From contig JBJCIZ010000090.1 of the NCBI GenBank assembly GCA_051294375.1, positions 1 through 28,191 of the forward strand: 28,191 bases of DNA, given 5' to 3'. This DNA comes from Paraspadella gotoi. Taxonomy: Eukaryota > Animalia > Chaetognatha. The notes below the pieces were generated by a model. That model worked only from the letters and a program-made list of their open reading frames with translations. It was not told the origin of the DNA and searched no databases. This document shows positions 22,500 to 28,191 of this stretch, piece after piece (the first letter of the stretch is position 1; every line of letters starts with the position of its first letter). Made by a program: the position numbers and the translations under genes.

Positions 22500-23532
22500 T
22501 TAAAACCTTTGTAGTTTTCGACGAAAATGAAGCAAAGCCCAAGTCAATCCTTCCTAAGAAAAAAAAGGGGGGGTTTTTATAGAGACGAGACGGCGAGAGT
22601 TAAAACAAAATTATTTTTTTATTTACCTCAAAAACGATAGTTTGACCAAAAAAGTTTTTAACTATCAGATGCAAAACGTCCAAATGCATTCTCTCAACCT
22701 CCAAGTATATGGGAAATTTAATGTGGACCAAAATGCGAGACGGTTGTTCATCCTTTTTTTCTTTTTCTACCGGAATGACCTTCAACAAATTAGAATAGAC
22801 GCCCGAAGTGCGCCACCTCTTTAAAAAATTTGCATAAATTAAAATTGCCGTGTTTACGTCGAGTTGAATCGGGAATTCAAACTTGGTATCCTCATCGTCG
22901 TATTTACATATCATAGTCAAGTTTGGATTCGCAAAATGTCTCTTAACCTTGTGCCCAGTGCCATCCATATCGTTATATTCATAGTCGTAACTCGTTCCTT
23001 CTTTAGTTTTTCCAATCGTCACCACCTTTCCACTTTGAGGCGCGGTATTCATACCCAAGAGATAAAGAATACTACCAACTATCTTCATTGTAACATATTT
23101 ACCCCGCAATTTGTAACCAATTTTTCTGTCATCTTCGTCAAAATAGAAGGCGTCTTTGACGCGAGGAACTTCCGAGGCGATTAACTTGTTCAATTCGACG
23201 CACAGTTCTTTCCCAGTCTGATAATTCCCCGAGGGGATCCGAATATACGTCAGTCTTCCCCAAAGGGGAAATGGGGGTGCATCCGATACCTTATAGAGCC
23301 AGTCATAAATCTGGAGATAGTTATCTTCCGGATTGTGTATGTTGTAAAAATGATTAATGTAGCTGAATTCTAATATGGCGCATTCCCATATTCCTCCTTC
23401 CAACTGAATCGGATCCGGAAGTCGATTTTTAAAATCTCCGCTTTTATTGCCCTTGACGTAGGTTCCTTCATCCACGTCAGACGACATCATGACGTAGAAA
23501 TCGTCCTCCCCGGTCGATAAGGTCGTTGACAT
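22500..23532 (-). CDS. mCP: Minor capsid/penton protein (single jelly-roll), 2 exons (23532-22627, 22553-22500), about 319 aa
   Basis: The N-terminus FYVMMSSD..NKSGDFKNRLPDPIQLEGGIWECAILEFSY is typical of Polinton pentons. An intron 22626-22554 (GTAAAT..TTCTTAG) supplies the expected C-terminus IVFE|EGLTWALLHFRRK. Confidence 0.88.
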
Positions 23533-24712
23533 CTTCTTTACTCATCCAACGCCCTAAATCGGTGTCGCTCGATTTAACCAAGTAGGAGGTCGACTGACCC
23601 GATCTACGACCAGATCTTAATTTTCTGCCTTCGATTTTCCGCGTTTTAACGACAAAATAACGATTTTCTTGCGGCGTCTTAGGTTCTTTAGCCGCAACCA
23701 ATTGATGTTCGTAGTAAGTTTTGCGCGAGTTTTTTAATTCTATCACTGTCACCCCGGACGGCGCGCGGTTTTGACTCTTGAATCCGAGACACGCCGAAAA
23801 CAACTCATTCCCAACTTTTGAAGATATCCTCTGGAGAAAGTTGTTTTTTTCAGAGCTCTTTTCAAACTGACCAACCTTGAAGAGAGGGCGCCTTTTAGCA
23901 AATTTAGCGCGGTGAACCGTCGTCTAGCCTTTAAATATTTCTCTCTCAAAAAGGCTTCGTTTTTAGCCAGATGAGCTTGGAGGGCGATAAACCAAAGAGA
24001 CCCGCTCTGGTCTGGCGTTGTAGGCAACGACGCAAGGTTCCAAATACTTGGCAAAGTTCCAATCGGACATAGCATACATGACTCTATACAGGTAAGATTC
24101 TATGGTAGAGTTGAAGGATTCGGCGAGAGGAGCTTTGTTTCCCGTCGACGGGTAAATCGGTTCGATCTCTAAAGCCTTCATTAGTTTGGCAAAGTCACCA
24201 CTCCACTCTCTTCCGGCGTCCATGACATGTAGTCCGGCGCTTGAAAGTCATTAGCCTCGATGATAGAGGCGAATGCCGAAGCAACTTCGACGGCTCTCTT
24301 ACTCTTAAAGCCCTACACCAACCCTTTTTACTAAAAGCAGTCGACGCATGAAAAAAAGTAAGCGTAGCCATTAGAACGGGTCTTCAAGGCTTGAGCGTCT
24401 ACGAGATCGATGCTAAATTCTGAGTTCTTCTTCTTAAAACATAATATTTTCTAAAAATCGCTTAGGGGGGCGTTTATAATCTGTAAAAACTCTCTGCGCA
24501 CTAAGAAAGGATTTCACATCGGCTTTAGTGATAGATTGATCCCGTCGACGAGCCGCTTGAAGGACTCTAGAGATTGTTGAAAAACCAGCCGGATGCTTAG
24601 GATCGTAAATAATATCACCTATAATCACATTTTTTTTCCCTTCAGAGTCCGATGTAGCCGCAAATCCTTTTTTAGCGACGGAGGGTTGGGCATCTTTGTC
24701 CAAGGATACCAC
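23477..24712 (-). CDS. INT: Retroviral-like DDE integrase with C-terminal chromodomain-like tail; several frameshifts (sequence error or pseudogenisation); start uncertain
   Basis: The N-terminus IYDPKHPAGFS..VKSFLSAQRVFTDYKRP is Maverick-type. Catalytic segments are FSIDLVD..GYAYFFSCVDCF (about 24415-24333), MDAGREW and KAPLAESFNSTI, then YNARP and TFSRGYLQK. The tail reads YLVKS..RWMSKEDV. The pieces lie in different frames. Confidence 0.9.
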
Positions 24713-25523
24713 GCCAATTTCGTCGTTTGCTTTCTCGATCTCGTTTTAGGAGGCGACGACAACGTCGTCTGAGTGACGGGAGTTTTTTTCTTCTTTGGAC
24801 TAACCTTCTTTTTTTCTTCTTTTTTTTCGAGGTGGCGACGATAATAAAGTCGACGTCAACTTTCCAACGGCCGTCTTAAAGGGGGACGATTTTACCGGCG
24901 AGGTTTTGGTGGGTGGTAAAATTGGCGCAATTTTTGGTCTGGTAGATGGCGATAGAGTGGCGGTAGCTTGAAGGCTCAACTTTTGAAAGGTAGGGGGGAA
25001 TCTGCGATAGGTTTTTTAGTCCTTTGACTCTTCAACCAAAATAGATAATTTTGAATTTGATCCGGGGTGATTGATTTGGTGTAGGATAGGTGATTAGCAA
25101 TCTCATCTAAATCACCAATCGGCGTTTTGTCCAAAAAAACTCTTCCTTTTTGCGATTTAACGCCCTCTAGCGAAACGATCTCTTTTTTTATTTGGTCGCG
25201 ATTTCTCGACCATCTGGCTTTGTTAATGTTTTCTATGAGAGGCGAGATTCTCGACTCGAGCCCTTCCAATCTCTCTCAAGCTGATTTTCCGCCAATTTTC
25301 TTGATTTGACGAAGTCGCTGTGGAAGTCAATCATATATTGATCCTCCGGGACTTTGATAGATTTTGGTGGAATTGTAGGCGTGGCTGCTTCAAAGGCGGC
25401 GGAGTCTACCGGGTGAGTGGGAGAAGAAGAGAAAGGGAGAGAAGAACCAAACCTTCTCTTAAGATCTCTTTCCGAAAGAAGAACCATTCGCTCCGCATAT
25501 TTCATTGGTCTTTGCGCCGCCAT
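24700..25523 (-). CDS. Polinton-associated hypothetical protein (KYAERMVLL N-terminus), frameshifted; 3' end uncertain
   Basis: ORFs 25523-25233 and 25269-24976 overlap in different frames. Coding-like Lys/Pro-rich sequence continues toward the integrase start. Confidence 0.5.
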
Positions 25524-25546
25524 TTAATAGTTTTTTTCTTTTTTTT

Positions 25547-25917
25547 TTATTTTTTGTTAGCCGCGGCTTCAGGCATGAGACTGATAAGCGTTGGCGCTAG
25601 AATAGATAGTAGGGCGCCTAACATACCTCCCTTTTGTACCATTCGCTTGCGGAGCTTCATGGGCGAACTTCTCAGAGAAAGGGCGTGCATCTGTTTCTTA
25701 TATGGGCGAAGTCTCGAAAGTTGGCGCGGCGTTGTAGTAATGTTTCGCTTGAGAACATTGAGACAAATTTCACTCAAACAAATGCAGGCGTCGTTAGACT
25801 TTTTAGAACGCCAAAAAGCTTTTTGTTGTTTGGGTGGTAACTTGTTAACCCTTTTTAGGAGCGGAACCTGATTGGCAAATCGCTCCCTAAGGCTTCTGCG
25901 TCGTTTCTGGGCTTCAT
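25547..25917 (-). CDS. Small basic pX-like core protein; probable ATG 25917 overlapping the ATPase stop, needing one frameshift near the 5' end
   Basis: The frame is open from about 25930 to 25547 and reads ..CLSEICLNVLKRNI..RKRMVQKGGMLGALLSILAPTLISL. The xxGG+hydrophobic tail resembles adenovirus pX (LRGGFLPALIP). Confidence 0.7.
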
Positions 25918-26768
25918 GATCTTTTGCTGCGATAGGCTATCATCGGCGCCTCAAAAGGAAATATTTTTGTTCTGACTTTTAACGATTCGCACTTGCTATG
26001 ACAATGACAATCGACGAAAAAGATAAGGAAAGGAATGATTAGTATTTTCCAGATTATCCACATAACATTCGATGAGAAAATTGGGTTTATCCGGATATAA
26101 TTGACGCCCAAGCGTTTGAAATATCGTGCGGTCTCGTGGGATATTTTGTCAAGACTATATAGGATGCGTTAAGATTCAATAGACGCAATACTGGATTTTG
26201 TCTCGAATACAAATTGTGCACGATAAAAAATGCAGCTCAATCTCTGAAAAGAAGAGAGAGAGAGAGAGAGAGGTTATTATTTAAATTTAATCAATGAATC
26301 AATCAATCAGTCTCACCGTGTGATGACTGAGAACGCAAAATATTTTTCTCATTAAGTTTGGATCCACCGTGTCTTCGATGTCGTCGCAGATCAAAAGGCT
26401 GTTTGGGGTTTCCGCAAGGTCGTCAACTTGATCAAATGTGGGTGGGCCTTGAGAGAGGGTTGCGCCTGGGAAGTTTTCCGAGTTATATTGTTCCCCACCG
26501 GCTTGATAACAAATTAAAATTTTCTTGAAGGGTACGTCGACGATTTCTTCGGCGTTTTTCACAAGATTGGAGCAAAATGTAGTTTTTCCTAAAAGATTTA
26601 TATAATAAAACCATCTGTTATATACGCGCGGGGGGGAGGGGGTGGGGGAGATAAAAAGTAATTAAAATAAAAAGTACCAGAATTACTCGCTCCGCAAAGA
26701 ATCATACAAAACGGGGTCAATAGGCTGACATTATATACGTTTTCTTCATTTAATATATTATCGCCCAT
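25914..26768 (-). CDS. ATP: A32/FtsK-like genome-packaging ATPase, 3 exons (26768-26678, 26588-26317, 26243-25914); exon 3 has several 1-nt indels
   Basis: ATG at 26768. Walker A GASNSG|KTT is rebuilt across intron 26677-26589 and Walker B is LLICDD. SHHT|RLSCIF spans intron 26316-26244. HNLY, LNASYIVL..P, LGRQLYP and VRTKIFP follow in shifting frames. Confidence 0.9.
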
Positions 26769-26776
26769 TTTTATTT

Positions 26777-26810
26777 ACTGTAAAATAGAGAAAACAATCT
26801 GGCTTTTATA
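26777..26810 (-). promoter_or_regulatory. TATA box plus initiator for the - strand structural arm
   Basis: TATAAAAGCC starts at 26810, CAGT has its A at 26779 (again 31 nt), and the ATPase ATG is at 26768. Confidence 0.6.
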
Positions 26811-27056
26811 TAATACCTCCGTGTCCCCCCCTTTCCCCCACCCTTTTTTTTTTCACTTTCTTCGTTTTCAGATTATGGATTTGTCGCGACAAAAGAAGGA
26901 GAGAGAGGGGGGGGAAAAACGAAAGGAAGAGGAAGAGAGAGGAACGAAGAACAACACCGATGAAGTAAGAACTTAACGCAAAAGACACTCGCAATCACAA
27001 CATCCGCCATTACTTTACATACGGGTAGCGTCATACCAATTTTTGCTACACCACAC

Positions 27057-27671
27057 GTGAGGATACCCCCTACTTTAATGTGGGGGGTTATTGGTGCCCC
27101 TAATCCGCTGTTATTAAATTATAGACAATACATACCGAGACACCCACCCACTATAAATCATTATTATTTAAATTCTGGATTCCTAATTAACCAATACTTT
27201 CCACCCCAATGCCCCAATCTACAACAACAACAATGGCAACAAGCACCGCAAGCTCCCATTTCTATACCACGCACACTATCGACACCGTCCCAAACACAAA
27301 ATGAACCTTTAAATTTATGTAAAAACAATAGTCACAAAGTTTATCAGCAAGAGAAAAAGCGGTTAGCATTAAGCCAAGAATTAAGGGATCAAAGAAGAAA
27401 AGAAATAAATAAAATTGAAAAGCTAAGATTTAACAAAAGACAAAAACATTTGAAATATATAGAATCTTTAGGGTTAATAAAGAAAAAACGGCAAGAGAAG
27501 AATCAACAATCAAAAAATCAATCAAAGTTAAAAATGCAAAAAACAGCGAAAGACGAAAGCAAAGATAAAACCGAGTCAACATCAATAGAAAAAAAATCAA
27601 CATTTAAATATTCAAATAGTACACTTTTAAATGACGATGAAGATGAGGAAGAAGAAAATGACGAAGATTAA
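27057..27671 (+). CDS. Hypothetical Pro/Gln-rich, basic coiled-coil, acidic-tailed protein; true start may be ATG 26875 via an indel or splice
   Basis: 204-codon ORF whose frame is open from 26964, divergent from the ATPase. It contains EPLNLC. Confidence 0.5.
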   Translation: MRIPPTLMWGVIGAPNPLLLNYRQYIPRHPPTINHYYLNSGFLINQYFPPQCPNLQQQQWQQAPQAPISIPRTLSTPSQTQNEPLNLCKNNSHKVYQQEKKRLALSQELRDQRRKEINKIEKLRFNKRQKHLKYIESLGLIKKKRQEKNQQSKNQSKLKMQKTAKDESKDKTESTSIEKKSTFKYSNSTLLNDDEDEEEENDED

Positions 27672-27980
27672 ATATTAAAAATTAGAGGGGAGAAAAATTC
27701 AAAGTAAAAAAGTATTTTGAGAAAAAGGAAATGAGGTGACAGAAAGAATACAAGAGAGAAAGCGAGAAACGGAGGTGAAAGAAAGACCATACTTTTTACT
27801 TTATATTTTTCAACTTTTTTAAAATAAAGGTACTCTTTTTTCTTTTACAATATTTAGTTATCTTAGTTTTTATATACTAGATATAATATATTTATTAGTC
27901 CTCAAATATTTTAGTTAAAGATTAAAGGCTCTTTAAAGGATTACAAATAATGTTTTAACTTTTTTTCCTTCACTTTTTAG

Positions 27981-28185
27981 ATGGCGCAAATGAAGAAAAG
28001 AAAACCACCACCAACTCCTCCACCACGTCCAAGTTTAAAAATTATAAAATGTTTAGAAACTACGAGAGGTACTTTTATGAAAATATATTGGTTTATCTAT
28101 ATTTTAATATATAATAATAATGTGCTTTAAACATTTTATCTTAGAGCTGTTCGAAGATCTAGCAAAATTTTTTGAAGAAAATTAA
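27981..28185 (+). CDS. Short spliced ORF or terminal exons (27981-28068, 28145-28185)
   Basis: TTTTTAG|ATG start, reading MAQMKKRKPPPTPPPRPSLKIIKCLETTR E|LFEDLAKFFEEN* across a GTACTT..TCTTAG intron (28069-28144). Confidence 0.4.
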
Positions 28186-28191
28186 AAAGAA

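Larger units (their letters stand above)
1..28191. mobile_element. Polinton/Maverick (adintovirus-like endogenous virus), intron-containing; termini not seen in the window
   Basis: pPolB, RVE-type integrase, A32/FtsK-like ATPase, adenain-like protease and major and minor jelly-roll capsid genes co-occur in two convergent arms. The core is firmly supported for about 8760-26810. Including 1-8760 and 26810-28191 is inferred from similar gene/intron style. Confidence 0.93.

Overview
Most of this window is one large Polinton/Maverick (adintovirus-like endogenous dsDNA virus) from an AT-rich eukaryotic genome. The + strand arm carries a RING-finger gene, a PC4-like ssDNA-binding gene, two orphan genes and a protein-primed family-B DNA polymerase. 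The converging - strand arm is a compact morphogenesis/integration cluster: packaging ATPase, pX-like core protein, orphan, DDE integrase with chromodomain-like tail, minor capsid, pVI-like protein, major capsid, adenain-like protease and a second PC4-like gene. The ORF track looks fragmented because the viral core genes are split by at least 15 short GT-AG introns, many filled with microsatellites. Removing them by hand restores the frame and rebuilds catalytic motifs: 5 introns in the polymerase, 2 in the ATPase, and 1 each in the major and minor capsid genes. One intron appears to be shared by two overlapping genes in different frames. Bases 1-8762 are a roughly 4.35-kb tandem duplication with a very indel-rich second copy, probably an assembly artefact. 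Neither element terminus is clearly inside the window. Family assignments come from motif recognition only; no searches were run.
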